45,829 nucleotides of DNA from Candidatus Gottesmanbacteria bacterium RIFCSPHIGHO2_02_FULL_39_14. Its GTDB lineage: Bacteria > Patescibacteriota > Microgenomatia > 2-02-FULL-39-11. Every line of letters starts with the position of its first letter. Within the stretch, counting starts at the first letter, position 1. The position numbers and the translations under genes are program-made. The notes beneath the pieces were generated by a model, which saw only the letters and a program-made list of their open reading frames with translations, made no database searches and had not been told where the DNA came from. Positions 16,125 through 25,218 of the stretch are shown in pieces. The stretch spans positions 1 to 45,829 of the forward strand of contig MFJM01000062.1 of NCBI GenBank assembly GCA_001779205.1, in the 5' to 3' direction.

Positions 16125-16679
16125 TTATTTTCCGACAGCACCGCCGACACCTTTGGCTGCTTTACCGGCTTTCTTTCTTATTTTTTCCCCAAGATATTTT
16201 ATGCCTTTGCCTTTATAGGGCTCAGGAGGCTTAACTCTTTTAATGGAAGCGGCTATCTCACCAACCAGATATTTATCTATACCCTGAACTAAAATTTTAT
16301 TTTCCGTTACTATGAACAAAATATCCTGAGGTGCGGTAAATTCTACGGGATGAGAAAAACCGACAAAAAGACTTAATTTTTTACCGTCTGTTTGCGCCCT
16401 AAATCCAACCCCGACCATCTCCAAAGTTTTTTGCCAGCCAGTTTTGACTCCTATAATAGCATTTTTAATTAATGAATAATAAAGACCTAAGAGAGAAATA
16501 TCAGAATCACCCTCTTTATTCTTTAAACTAATGAGATTGTCCTGATATTGGAATAGTACTTCCGGCGGCAGATTAAGGGTAAGTGTGCCTTTTGATCCGG
16601 AAACGGCTAATTTCCCAGCGTCAAAATCGACTTTGATATCGGATTCAACTTTAATCGGTTTTTTCTTCAGTGTTGACAT
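16125..16679 (-). CDS. rplF: 50S ribosomal protein L6
   Basis: 'MSTLKKKPIKV', 'GSKGTLTL', 'VGVGFRA', 'GFSHPVEF', 'PEPYKGKGIKY'. Start trimmed to ATG 16679 (the track start 16691 is TTG). Confidence 0.93.
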   Translation of the reverse strand: MSTLKKKPIKVESDIKVDFDAGKLAVSGSKGTLTLNLPPEVLFQYQDNLISLKNKEGDSDISLLGLYYSLIKNAIIGVKTGWQKTLEMVGVGFRAQTDGKKLSLFVGFSHPVEFTAPQDILFIVTENKILVQGIDKYLVGEIAASIKRVKPPEPYKGKGIKYLGEKIRKKAGKAAKGVGGAVGK

Positions 16680-16684
16680 ATTAG

Positions 16685-17074
16685 TTACCAAACTTTACAG
16701 ATTAATTCGCCGCCTATTTTCTTTTTCCGGGCATCCTGGCCTGACATAACACCATGTGAGGTAGATAGGACAGAAATTCCCAGACCACCCAAAACTTTAG
16801 GAATTTTGGTATAGGGTAAATAGACCCGCCGTCCCGGTTTACTGACAATTTCTACGTTGGTTATCTTGCCTATTTTTCCCTGATAAAGCAAATCAATTAC
16901 CAGGATTTTTCGGTTTTTATTTTCTTTAACATCTATTTTCCCCACATAACCATAACGCATGAGTACTTCAGCGATAGCGGATTTAACCCGTGAATATGGC
17001 AAGCTGACTTTACTATGATGGGCATAGTAAGCGTTTTTTATTCTAATAAGCAAATCAGATATCGGATCAGTCAT
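16685..17074 (-). CDS. rpsH: 30S ribosomal protein S8
   Basis: 'MTDPISDLLIRIKNA', 'VSKPGRRVY', 'GGLGISVLSTSHGVMSGQDARKKKIGGELICKVW'. Start trimmed to ATG 17074. Confidence 0.95.
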   Translation of the reverse strand: MTDPISDLLIRIKNAYYAHHSKVSLPYSRVKSAIAEVLMRYGYVGKIDVKENKNRKILVIDLLYQGKIGKITNVEIVSKPGRRVYLPYTKIPKVLGGLGISVLSTSHGVMSGQDARKKKIGGELICKVW

Positions 17075-17079
17075 AAATT

Positions 17080-17265
17080 TTACCAACTGGCTTTTGTAAC
17101 ACCGGGAAGTTGGCCTTTATGGGCTAATTCCCGGAAACATAAACGGCAGAGACCGAATTTACGCATATATCCACGGGACCTTCCGCATATTTGACACCGA
17201 TTTCGGAACTTTACCTGAAATTTCTGTTTTTTCTGAAATTTGATGATATCCGATTGTTTAGCCAT
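17080..17265 (-). CDS. rpsZ: 30S ribosomal protein S14, type Z (zinc-binding)
   Basis: 61 aa. '[38 protein letters not shown]' carries CxxC...CxxC. Confidence 0.95.
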   Translation of the reverse strand: MAKQSDIIKFQKKQKFQVKFRNRCQICGRSRGYMRKFGLCRLCFRELAHKGQLPGVTKASW

Positions 17266-17306
17266 ATATTTTATGGATTGGCAATTATAACATGCTTAAT
17301 CCTATT

Positions 17307-17852
17307 TCAGCCTTTTTCTTTTTGAAAAGGGAAACCCAAAAATTCCATTAGTTGTTTTGCTTCTTGGCTTGACGTATTAGTTACCAGAGTAATTTCCAAA
17401 CCTCTGACTTTGTCGACCATACCATAATCAATTTCCGGAAAGACAATCTGTTCTCTCAATCCCAGGGTATAATTACCTGTGTTATCGAAGCAATTGTTTG
17501 GTATCCCACGAAAATCTCTAATTCTGGGAAGGACAATTTTTACCAGTTTTTCGATAAAATCATACATTTTTTGAGACCTTAAGGTAACCTTAAGACCGAT
17601 AATATCACCTTTTCTCACTTTAAAAGTCGAGATATCCTTGCGGGCACGAGTAGCTATAGGTTTTTGTCCCGAAATTTGTTTTAACTGTTGGATTGCGGCT
17701 TCGATGGCTTTTTTATTGGATAGGGCTTCTCCCAATCCGATATTGATAACTACCTTTTCCAGTCTGGGGGCGGACATGATGTTATTAAGATGCAAATCTT
17801 TGATTAATTTTGGGCGACCTTCTTTTAGGTATTTTTGGTAAAGTTCAGACAT
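17307..17852 (-). CDS. rplE: 50S ribosomal protein L5
   Basis: 'LEKVVINIGLGEA', 'ISGQKPIATRARKDISTFKVRKGDIIGLKVTLR', 'RDFRG', 'GNYTLGLREQIVFPEIDY'. Start trimmed to ATG 17852. Confidence 0.95.
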   Translation of the reverse strand: MSELYQKYLKEGRPKLIKDLHLNNIMSAPRLEKVVINIGLGEALSNKKAIEAAIQQLKQISGQKPIATRARKDISTFKVRKGDIIGLKVTLRSQKMYDFIEKLVKIVLPRIRDFRGIPNNCFDNTGNYTLGLREQIVFPEIDYGMVDKVRGLEITLVTNTSSQEAKQLMEFLGFPFQKEKG

Positions 17853-17856
17853 AAAC

Positions 17857-18162
17857 TTAAATAGCCGAATGGCATTTTCGGCAGATACGGGATTTTTTAT
17901 TTTTATCAATTTTGTAACCGACCCTTGTTTGTTTACCACACTTGGGGCAAATAAGAGCAACATTGGCTACAGGCAAGGGTCGAGGTAAAGGAATGATACC
18001 GCCGGGATTTTTTTCATCTCTTCTTTTGAGATGTCTTTTGTAAATGTTTAGACCCGGTAATAAGACAGTTTCTTTTTTAGGATATGTTCTATCTATTTTG
18101 CCGCGCTTACCCTTATCTTTACCGGCAGTAATGATAACTTCGTCTCCTTTTTTAAGTTTCAT
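17857..18162 (-). CDS. rplX: 50S ribosomal protein L24 (KOW domain plus C-terminal CxxC...CxxC)
   Basis: 'MKLKKGDEVIITAGKDKGKRGKI'. The C-terminus is 'ICPKCGKQTRVGYKIDKNKKSRICRKCH'. Confidence 0.93.
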   Translation of the reverse strand: MKLKKGDEVIITAGKDKGKRGKIDRTYPKKETVLLPGLNIYKRHLKRRDEKNPGGIIPLPRPLPVANVALICPKCGKQTRVGYKIDKNKKSRICRKCHSAI

Positions 18163-18164
18163 AG

Positions 18165-18539
18165 CTAGTAGACCTCTTGGGCCATAGACACAATTTTATT
18201 AAATCCTAAATCTTTCAATTCGCGTCCAATGGGGCCGAAAATTCTGGTGCCTCTGGGATTTTTATCCTTAGGATTATCAATAATAACACCAGCGTTATCG
18301 TCAAAACGGATATAAGAGCCGTCTTTTCTTCTTTTTTCTTTTTTTATTCTGACGAGAACAGCTTTAACCAACTCATGTTTTTTTACCTGACCAGTGGGGA
18401 GGGCTTGTTTAACAACACAAGTGACAATATCACCGAGGGTGGCAATTTTTTTATTACCCCGGCCGTGAACCTGAATAACCGACAGCCTTTGGGCTCCAGA
18501 ATTATCGGCTACGTTAATAATTGATCTTAGTTGAATCAT
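18165..18539 (-). CDS. rplN: 50S ribosomal protein L14
   Basis: '[17 protein letters not shown]', '[15 protein letters not shown]', '[15 protein letters not shown]'. Confidence 0.96.
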   Translation of the reverse strand: MIQLRSIINVADNSGAQRLSVIQVHGRGNKKIATLGDIVTCVVKQALPTGQVKKHELVKAVLVRIKKEKRRKDGSYIRFDDNAGVIIDNPKDKNPRGTRIFGPIGRELKDLGFNKIVSMAQEVY

Positions 18540-18763
18540 AATTTTTTAATGACTTTAAAATGTTTGTCTTTAGAGATGGGAATAGTCTCCACAATTTTCA
18601 CCAAATCGCCTTCTTTTAAAGTCAGATTTTGGTTATGAACCTTATATTTTTTGCTCCGGCGAATTATTTTTTTATAAAGCGGGTGTTTTACCTGGCGTTC
18701 CACGGCCACAACCACGGTTTTATTCATCCTGATAGATAAAACTTTACCTGTTAATTCTTTCAT
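18536..18763 (-). CDS. rpsQ: 30S ribosomal protein S17
   Basis: '[29 protein letters not shown]', '[18 protein letters not shown]'. Confidence 0.93.
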   Translation of the reverse strand: MKELTGKVLSIRMNKTVVVAVERQVKHPLYKKIIRRSKKYKVHNQNLTLKEGDLVKIVETIPISKDKHFKVIKKL

Positions 18764-18966
18764 AATTTAGTTTGTTCCTTTTGCCTTATAACAGTTTTTA
18801 TTCGGGCGATATCCTTTAAAACTTCCCCATAGAGATTGGTATTTTTCAATTTTCCGACTTTTTGGTCAATTTGAATTTTTTTAAGATTATTAATAAGATC
18901 TGACAATTGTTTTTTCAATTCAGAAACTTCCTTAGTTACTAATTCTTTAATATCTTTTTTTTTCAT
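18760..18966 (-). CDS. rpmC: 50S ribosomal protein L29
   Basis: 68 aa and helical. 'VSELKKQLSDL...LKDIARIKTVIRQKE'. Position between rplP and rpsQ. Confidence 0.88.
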   Translation of the reverse strand: MKKKDIKELVTKEVSELKKQLSDLINNLKKIQIDQKVGKLKNTNLYGEVLKDIARIKTVIRQKEQTKL

Positions 18967-18991
18967 AGTTCGACTTCGCTCACTACAAGCA

Positions 18992-19399
18992 TTATCGCTT
19001 AATGACGAATGTTGTTTTAACAGGCATTTTCCCTGCAGCTGTTTTCATGGCTATTTTAGCCTGATCCTCCGGTATTCCACTCATTTCATAAATAATACGA
19101 CCCGGTTTGGCTGTAAAAACATAATCAACAACGTCGCCTTTACCGACACCCATTCTGACTTCCGGCGGCTTATCAGTTATCGGTTTATCAGGAAATATCC
19201 TTATCCATACCCGGCCCCCTTTTTGGGTATACCGGGTTAAAACCCGACGTCCTGCTTCAAGCTGACGGGTAGTAATCCAGCCGGCAGAAAGTGCTTTCAA
19301 ACCATATTGACCAAAAACAACGTCATTACCCCGGGTGGAAATACCACGCATTTTTCCCCGGAATTGTTTTCTGAATTTAGCTCTTTTTGGTACAAACAT
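18992..19399 (-). CDS. rplP: 50S ribosomal protein L16
   Basis: '[19 protein letters not shown]', '[28 protein letters not shown]'. Start trimmed to ATG 19399. Confidence 0.95.
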   Translation of the reverse strand: MFVPKRAKFRKQFRGKMRGISTRGNDVVFGQYGLKALSAGWITTRQLEAGRRVLTRYTQKGGRVWIRIFPDKPITDKPPEVRMGVGKGDVVDYVFTAKPGRIIYEMSGIPEDQAKIAMKTAAGKMPVKTTFVIKR

Positions 19400-19403
19400 A
19401 TTA

Positions 19404-20060
19404 TTATTTGCAGATCCAGACTTTAACACCGACATAACCTGATTTGGTTAAGGCGGCAACTTTGGCAAAATCAATATTTTCTCTTAAAGTCGATAAAGGA
19501 ATAGTACCTGTTTTATAAGTTTCCCTTCTGGCAATTTCGGCACCGGCAATCCTACCTGCCAGAATAATTTTGGCACCTCTAGCACCGCTATTGGTCATTT
19601 TTTCCAAAGCAAAATTAACCACTCTTTTATGAGGCAATCTTTTTTCCAATTGTTCAGCTATCTGTGTAGCTACAAAATGAGCATTAAGATTAGGTTCTTT
19701 TACCGGTTCAACCCTCAAATCAAGCTTAACTATATTTTTCTTATCCAAAAGATTCCTTTTTTTACGATGCTCGACTATTTTTTGCTGGATGAATTTTTTC
19801 AATTCTTCCAAACCCTGACCACCCCGGCCGATAACAACACCCGGCCTTACCACATGAAGGATAATATTGAGGGTATTTATGGACCTTTCAATTTCTATTT
19901 TGGTTAACCCTGCTATTTTTACTTTATTAAAGACAGCTTCCCGAATAAAAGCATCTTCCAAAACGAAATTCTTATACTGATTTTTATCAGCAAACCAACG
20001 TGAATCCCAAGTAAAAATGACACCTAAACGGAAACCTATGGGATTAACTTTATGTCCCAT
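19404..20060 (-). CDS. rpsC: 30S ribosomal protein S3
   Basis: '[14 protein letters not shown]', KH domain '[17 protein letters not shown]', '[12 protein letters not shown]', 'GYVGVKVWI'. Confidence 0.95.
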   Translation of the reverse strand: MGHKVNPIGFRLGVIFTWDSRWFADKNQYKNFVLEDAFIREAVFNKVKIAGLTKIEIERSINTLNIILHVVRPGVVIGRGGQGLEELKKFIQQKIVEHRKKRNLLDKKNIVKLDLRVEPVKEPNLNAHFVATQIAEQLEKRLPHKRVVNFALEKMTNSGARGAKIILAGRIAGAEIARRETYKTGTIPLSTLRENIDFAKVAALTKSGYVGVKVWICK

Positions 20061-20491
20061 TATTTGGCCTCCTTTTTCCCCGAAAGCATTGGGGGTTTGC
20101 CTTTGGCCGATATTTTTTCAGGTTCTTTTTTTTCAGGTGCTTTGATTTCTTTTTCTCCTACTTTAATTGTGATATGAGCAGTCCGTTTCTTTATCGAATG
20201 AGCCATGCCCCGGGAAACGGGTTGCCATCTTTTGAAAAACGGACCCTTACCAATACTAACTTGTCTGATTACAAGATTTTGTAAATTAAGTTTAAGATTA
20301 TTGACAGCATTGGACTTGGCTGAACTTATCGCCTTTGACAAAAGCTTGGGAGCCTTACCACTAAGATGCTCCAGACGGTCAAGAGCATTTTGAGGTGAAA
20401 GACCCACAGTCAGCCGGCCTAATTGTTTAATTTTTTTAGGCGAGATCCTTAGATATTTTATTTGAGATACAGCTTCCATATTTATTGTCAT
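20060..20491 (-). CDS. rplV: 50S ribosomal protein L22 (Lys-rich C-terminal tail)
   Basis: 'IKYLRISPKKIKQLGRL', 'FFKRWQPVSRGMAHSIKKRTAHITIKV'. An alternative ATG at 20479 ('MEAVSQ...') is equally plausible. Confidence 0.92.
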   Translation of the reverse strand: MTINMEAVSQIKYLRISPKKIKQLGRLTVGLSPQNALDRLEHLSGKAPKLLSKAISSAKSNAVNNLKLNLQNLVIRQVSIGKGPFFKRWQPVSRGMAHSIKKRTAHITIKVGEKEIKAPEKKEPEKISAKGKPPMLSGKKEAK

Positions 20492-20566
20492 TCTGAGGCT
20501 CTGCCGAAGAATCTCTCAACTTGTTTGAGCTCGCATTCGCGAGAGATCCTTCGCTTACGCTCAGGA
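20492..20566. repeat. 75-nt imperfect inverted repeat filling the rpsS-rplV spacer
   Basis: Left arm TCTGAGGCTCTGCCGAAGAATCTCTC (20492..20517) pairs with right arm GAGAGATCCTTCGCTTACGCTCAGGA (20541..20566). The helices are ATCTCTC/GAGAGAT (7 bp), CGAAG/CTTCG (5 bp) and CTGAG/CTCAG (5 bp). A competing central hairpin CTCGC-ATTC-GCGAG is possible. The element is visibly more GC-rich than its surroundings. Confidence 0.6.
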
Positions 20567-20579
20567 TGACTGTATTAAT

Positions 20580-20864
20580 TTATGTTTTCTCTAAAATTCT
20601 CTTGGTGACTTGGCCGTGACCTTTAAAAGTTCTGGTAGGTGAGAACTCGCCAAGCCGGTGACCAACCATGCTTTCTGTTATAAAAACGTCGATAAATTTT
20701 CGTCCGTTATAGACACTGATGCTAGACCCAACAAAATCGGGTGAAATTTGACAACTTCTGGCCCAAGTTTTTATCGGAGTCCGATCGTCTGTCTCCTTTT
20801 GCTTTAAGACTTTTTTTAAGAGGTTAGCATCAATATACGGACCTTTTCTACTTGATCTTGTCAT
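20580..20864 (-). CDS. rpsS: 30S ribosomal protein S19
   Basis: '[17 protein letters not shown]', '[27 protein letters not shown]', '[18 protein letters not shown]'. Confidence 0.95.
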   Translation of the reverse strand: MTRSSRKGPYIDANLLKKVLKQKETDDRTPIKTWARSCQISPDFVGSSISVYNGRKFIDVFITESMVGHRLGEFSPTRTFKGHGQVTKRILEKT

Positions 20865-20866
20865 AT

Positions 20867-21637
20867 TTATTTTTTCCTTCTTTGAATTATATACTTATCA
20901 GAATATTTTCTCTTTTTCCTGGTTCTTAATCCCCGGGCAACTTTACCCCAGGGAGTTTTGGAGCTTTTTAAACCTACTCCTGAACGGCCTTCACCGCCCC
21001 CATGAGGATGGGAAGCAGGATGCATGGCTGTTCCTCTGACCTCTGGTCTTCTACCCATAAGACGTGAACGACCTGCTTTGCCAATGGGTGTATCTTTCCA
21101 ATCAATGTTACCTAATTGACCGACTGTGGCTAAACAAACATCTTGGACTTTTCTGACTTCACCCGATGGTAATTTCAGATGAACGGAACCGTGTTCTTTA
21201 GCTAAAATATGGGACGCGGTACCGGCACCCCTGACTATTTGTCCTCCGCGGCCGGGATGTAATTCTATATTATGAATTGATATACCAATTGGTATATTTT
21301 TCATGGGTAAAGTATTGCCGATTTTAACCTCTACATTTTCCCCTGAAACTACCTTTTCACCGAGAGTTAATCCTTGAGGCTTGAGAATGTATCTTTTATC
21401 ACCGTCAGCATAATGAATAAGGACTAAATCGACATTTCTGTTAGGATCATACTCAAAGGCAACCACCCGGCCTGGAACATCAAACTTATCTCGCCTAAAA
21501 TCAACAGATCGATAAAATCTTTTCTGGCGGCCACCCTGGTGCCTGACTGTTATTTTGCCGGTAGAATTTCTGCCGGAATTTTTCTTTAACAAATTAGTCA
21601 ATGATTTTTCAGGACGTTTAGACGTTAAGCTTCTCAT
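20867..21637 (-). CDS. rplB: 50S ribosomal protein L2 (short N-terminus)
   Basis: '[28 protein letters not shown]', '[12 protein letters not shown]', '[15 protein letters not shown]', '[24 protein letters not shown]'. Confidence 0.95.
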   Translation of the reverse strand: MRSLTSKRPEKSLTNLLKKNSGRNSTGKITVRHQGGRQKRFYRSVDFRRDKFDVPGRVVAFEYDPNRNVDLVLIHYADGDKRYILKPQGLTLGEKVVSGENVEVKIGNTLPMKNIPIGISIHNIELHPGRGGQIVRGAGTASHILAKEHGSVHLKLPSGEVRKVQDVCLATVGQLGNIDWKDTPIGKAGRSRLMGRRPEVRGTAMHPASHPHGGGEGRSGVGLKSSKTPWGKVARGLRTRKKRKYSDKYIIQRRKK

Positions 21638-21639
21638 TT

Positions 21640-21936
21640 TTATTTACCTCCGACTTCAAAGAGCGGAATTGATTGTCCTTCTTTTACTTTAATCCTGGCT
21701 TTTTTCCTATCCGGAAGCCTGGTTTTTGTTCGCTTCCTTCCGACTGTTTTTTCTTTTCCCTTAACTACTTCCGTTTTAATTGAAGTTACATGTACCTTAA
21801 AAAGACTTTCTATCTCTCTCCCTATTTCGATTTTGTTGGCTCTTTTGTCTACTATAAATGTATAGATACCTATTTTGGCATCGAGCAATGATTTTTCTGA
21901 GATAAGCGGTTTTTTTACTATCGGTGTTGTCAACAT
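21640..21936 (-). CDS. rplW: 50S ribosomal protein L23
   Basis: 'PLISEKSLLDAKIGIYTFIVDKRANKIEIGREIESLFKVHVTSIKT'. Position between rplD and rplB. Confidence 0.92.
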   Translation of the reverse strand: MLTTPIVKKPLISEKSLLDAKIGIYTFIVDKRANKIEIGREIESLFKVHVTSIKTEVVKGKEKTVGRKRTKTRLPDRKKARIKVKEGQSIPLFEVGGK

Positions 21937-21938
21937 AA

Positions 21939-22757
21939 TTATTTTTTAGTTTTTCTTTTTGATTTATTTTCTTTTAAAGTTTTTGATTTTTTAGGAAGCT
22001 CTTTATTGACTGTTTTTGGTTTTTCGACAAGCGGGGTAGGTGAGGAAATTTTACCCTGTAAAATATCAACAGTATTTTTTTCCATTAACAGAACATTATT
22101 CCTTAATACCTCATAGGTATTTAACTGATTGACAGGGGTAATTGAAAGATACGGCAAATTGCGACCCGAAAGGACAACTTCATGTCTAATCTTATCAGTA
22201 ACTAAAAGTAGTGAACTTTTTTTCTTTTTATCCTCAAGAAGTTTGAGATTTTCTAAAAATTCAACCATTTTTTTTGTTTTGGAAGGGAACTCGTTTAGAT
22301 GATTAATAAATTTTATCGAATCAGTCTGATATTTATGAGTTAAGGCTCCGTATAAAGCGAGTCGGCGCATTTTTTTGGAAAGATTTAATTGATAATCCTT
22401 CAATTTCGGACCATGGGCAACACCACCGCCAATAAATATTGGTGCCTTGATGCTTCCATGTCTGGCCCGGCCGGTGCCCTTCTGGCGGTAGATTTTTCTG
22501 CCGGAATGATTTACTTCTGCCCTTGTCTTGGCTTTTCTGGTTCCGGATCTTTGATTAGTCAGATAAACCCTGACTGATTGGGCCAGTAAAACGGGGTTGA
22601 CTTTGGCGGAAAAAATATTTTCAGGAAGAGAAAATTTGCCTGTTTTTTCCCCTTTAATATTATAAATATCGGTCTTTAATTCTTTCGTTTTCCCGGTATT
22701 ACTTTTTTTGATTTTGGCCTGCCCGCCGGCAGGCAAGACGGATTTTGAACTTGGCAT
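21939..22757 (-). CDS. rplD: 50S ribosomal protein L4 (N- and C-terminal extensions)
   Basis: 'RSGTRKAKTRAEVNHSGRKIYRQKGTGRARHGSIKAPIFIGGGVAHGPK'. 272 aa with the Lys-rich tail '...KSKTLKENKSKRKTKK'. Confidence 0.93.
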   Translation of the reverse strand: MPSSKSVLPAGGQAKIKKSNTGKTKELKTDIYNIKGEKTGKFSLPENIFSAKVNPVLLAQSVRVYLTNQRSGTRKAKTRAEVNHSGRKIYRQKGTGRARHGSIKAPIFIGGGVAHGPKLKDYQLNLSKKMRRLALYGALTHKYQTDSIKFINHLNEFPSKTKKMVEFLENLKLLEDKKKKSSLLLVTDKIRHEVVLSGRNLPYLSITPVNQLNTYEVLRNNVLLMEKNTVDILQGKISSPTPLVEKPKTVNKELPKKSKTLKENKSKRKTKK

Positions 22758-22760
22758 TGT

Positions 22761-23408
22761 TTACTTTTCCATTTTTTTAATAACTAAAAGAGAATTTCTT
22801 TTGCCTGTTACCAAACCTTTGACTGTTAAGAGATTTTTTTCCGGGTCGATCTTAATAACTTTGAGATTTTTAACGGTAACCTGCTGATTACCCATGCGGC
22901 CGGCCATTCTTTTACCTTTATAAACGCGGCCGGGGGTGGTAGTCTGACCTATAGAACCCGGAGCCCTTTCTCTGTCTGACTGACCGTGGGTTCGGGGTCC
23001 GCCCTTAAAATGATGTCTTTTGACAACCCCGGCAAAACCGGCGCCTTTTGATGTTCCTGTCACTTGAACAATATCTCCTTCTTTTAAAACATCACCTACA
23101 GAGATGCTTTGGCCTAGCTTGATGACATCTTTTTCGTCTTTTGCACTAGTTATTCTCAGCTCTTTATAAAAGCGGGGTGGTTTTTCTATTATCCCCGCTT
23201 TTTTTAAGATACCCTGAATTGGTTTTTTAACGGTAATAAGTCTTCTTTGACCAAAGCCTACAATAACTGCGTTAAAACCGTCTTTTGCTTCTTCCTTAAT
23301 GCTGACCACCACACAGGGACCGGCTAAAATATTAGTTACCGCGATGCGCATTCCCTTCTCATCAAACATCTGACTTTGATTTATTTTGGTACCAATTAGA
23401 CTGTTCAT
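22761..23408 (-). CDS. rplC: 50S ribosomal protein L3
   Basis: 'GTKINQSQMFDEKG', 'VTGTSKGAGFAGVVKRHHFKGGPRTHGQSDRERAPGSIG', 'PGRVYKGKRMAGRMG'. Confidence 0.95.
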   Translation of the reverse strand: MNSLIGTKINQSQMFDEKGMRIAVTNILAGPCVVVSIKEEAKDGFNAVIVGFGQRRLITVKKPIQGILKKAGIIEKPPRFYKELRITSAKDEKDVIKLGQSISVGDVLKEGDIVQVTGTSKGAGFAGVVKRHHFKGGPRTHGQSDRERAPGSIGQTTTPGRVYKGKRMAGRMGNQQVTVKNLKVIKIDPEKNLLTVKGLVTGKRNSLLVIKKMEK

Positions 23409-23423
23409 TATTTTTTTCGTTAT

Positions 23424-23453
23424 AATAATAAAATTACCCCGCCTTTGGCGGGG
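23424..23453 (-). terminator. Terminator/attenuator-like hairpin between rpsJ and rplC
   Basis: The minus strand reads CCCCGCC-AAA-GGCGGGG (23437..23453) followed by TAATTTTATTATTAT. It sits in an unusually long 141-nt rpsJ-rplC spacer. Confidence 0.5.
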
Positions 23454-23549
23454 TTTCTACAACCTGCCAAATTCACTGATTTTTTAGGTGTCAAGACGCA
23501 TGGTAATTGACTTTATTTCAGATAACATCATTACTTTTATCCGTATTAC

Positions 23550-23858
23550 CTACATTTTGATAGTGATATCCACCCCGGCCGGCAATTCCAAATGCATCAG
23601 ACTATCAATTGTCTTATCGGTCGGTTCTATGATGTCAATTAGCCTTTTATGAATCTTAATGATAAAGTCTTCCCGACTGTCCTTGTCCGTAAAAGGAGAA
23701 CGGGGAACGGAATAATATTCCCTGTCCGTTGGTAACGGAATCGGACCAACGACACGAGCGCCGGTCCTGATGGCCGTATCCAAAATCTTCTGGCAAGAAT
23801 CGTCAATTATTCTGCCGTCGTAAGCTTTTAAACGTACTCTAATTCTCCCTTTCGGCAT
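23550..23858 (-). CDS. rpsJ: 30S ribosomal protein S10
   Basis: '[39 protein letters not shown]', 'HKRLIDI', '[12 protein letters not shown]'. Confidence 0.95.
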   Translation of the reverse strand: MPKGRIRVRLKAYDGRIIDDSCQKILDTAIRTGARVVGPIPLPTDREYYSVPRSPFTDKDSREDFIIKIHKRLIDIIEPTDKTIDSLMHLELPAGVDITIKM

Positions 23859-23878
23859 TACTTTTATCCTGACCTAAG

Positions 23879-25063
23879 TTACTTAAGAATTTTCGTGATC
23901 ACTCCGGCACCGACCGTATGACCACCTTCCCGAATAGCAAATCTTTGACCTTCTTCAAGAGCAACAGGGACTATCAATTTTACCGTCATTTTGGCATTGT
24001 CCCCTGGCATAACCATCTCCACGCCTTTTGGTAAAGCAACCTCAGCTGTAACGTCTGTCGTCCTGATATAAAATTGCGGACGGTAACCGGTGAAGAAAGG
24101 AGTATGTCTACCGCCTTCTTCTTTGGTTAAAATATAAGCCTCAGCTTCAAATTCGGTATGAGGGGTGATAGTACCGGGCTTAGCAACGACTTGTCCCCTT
24201 TCCACCTGATGTTTTTCAATACCGCGTAAAAGAATACCTGTATTGTCTCCGGCCATAGTTTCGGTGAGGGACTTTCTGAACATTTCAATGCCGGTGATAA
24301 CCGTTTTTTGAGTTGCTTTAATGCCGACAATTTCGACTTCTTCGTTTATTTTTAATTTGCCGCGTTCGACACGACCGGTGACGACGGTTCCTCTTCCTTT
24401 AATGGAGAAGACATCCTCAATAGGCATAAGGAACGGTTTCTCGGTATCCCTAACTGGGGTAGGAATATATTCATCTACGGCTTTCATCAGTTCTTCAACT
24501 GATTTAATAGCTTCTGCATCCCCCTGTAGAGCTTTGAGGGCACTGCCTTTGATTACCGGAATTTTGTCGCCGGGAAAACCGTATTTGGTAAGAAGTTCCC
24601 TGACTTCTATTTCTACCAGATCAAGTAATTCTTTATCCTGGACCATATCCGTTTTATTCATATAAACGACCATGGCAGGAACATTAACCTGACCTGCTAA
24701 AAGGATATGCTCTCTGGTTTGTGGCATAGGACCATCTGGAGAAGAGACAACTAAAATAGCGCCATCCATTTGAGCGGCGCCGGTGATCATATTCTTGATA
24801 TAGTCGGCATGACCCGGGGCATCAATATGAGCATAGTGACGTTTATCGGTTTCATATTCCGAATGATGGATATTAATAGTCACTCCGCGGGCTTTTTCTT
24901 CCGGAGCATTATCAATTTCTTCATATTTAAGAGCTTTAGCCAGTCCTTTGGCAGCTAAAACATGGGTAATGGCTGATGTTAAGGTTGTTTTACCATGATC
25001 AACATGTCCAATGGTACCAATATTAAGATGAGGTTTGGTTCTTTGAAAAACTGCCTGTGCCAT
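23879..25063 (-). CDS. tuf: Elongation factor Tu
   Basis: '[16 protein letters not shown]', '[26 protein letters not shown]', 'NKTDMV', '[14 protein letters not shown]'. Confidence 0.97.
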   Translation of the reverse strand: MAQAVFQRTKPHLNIGTIGHVDHGKTTLTSAITHVLAAKGLAKALKYEEIDNAPEEKARGVTINIHHSEYETDKRHYAHIDAPGHADYIKNMITGAAQMDGAILVVSSPDGPMPQTREHILLAGQVNVPAMVVYMNKTDMVQDKELLDLVEIEVRELLTKYGFPGDKIPVIKGSALKALQGDAEAIKSVEELMKAVDEYIPTPVRDTEKPFLMPIEDVFSIKGRGTVVTGRVERGKLKINEEVEIVGIKATQKTVITGIEMFRKSLTETMAGDNTGILLRGIEKHQVERGQVVAKPGTITPHTEFEAEAYILTKEEGGRHTPFFTGYRPQFYIRTTDVTAEVALPKGVEMVMPGDNAKMTVKLIVPVALEEGQRFAIREGGHTVGAGVITKILK

Positions 25064-25125
25064 TATTAATCTCCTTTCTGATTTTTATAAATAAAAAACT
25101 ACCCCAAATAATTTAGGGTAAAGGG

Positions 25126-25154
25126 ATTATACAATATGGTTATAAGAGGCGCAA
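25126..25154 (-). promoter_or_regulatory. Sigma70-like promoter (extended -10) for tuf
   Basis: The minus strand reads TTGCGC (25149..25154), a 17-nt spacer ending in TG, then TATAAT (25126..25131). AAAGGAG lies 8 nt before the tuf ATG. Confidence 0.55.
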
Positions 25155-25218
25155 GAGGTCGAAAATTGATGGGAACTTTTCTTCTAAAAGAATTATTAAA
25201 AAATAGGGTTTTAAGCGC

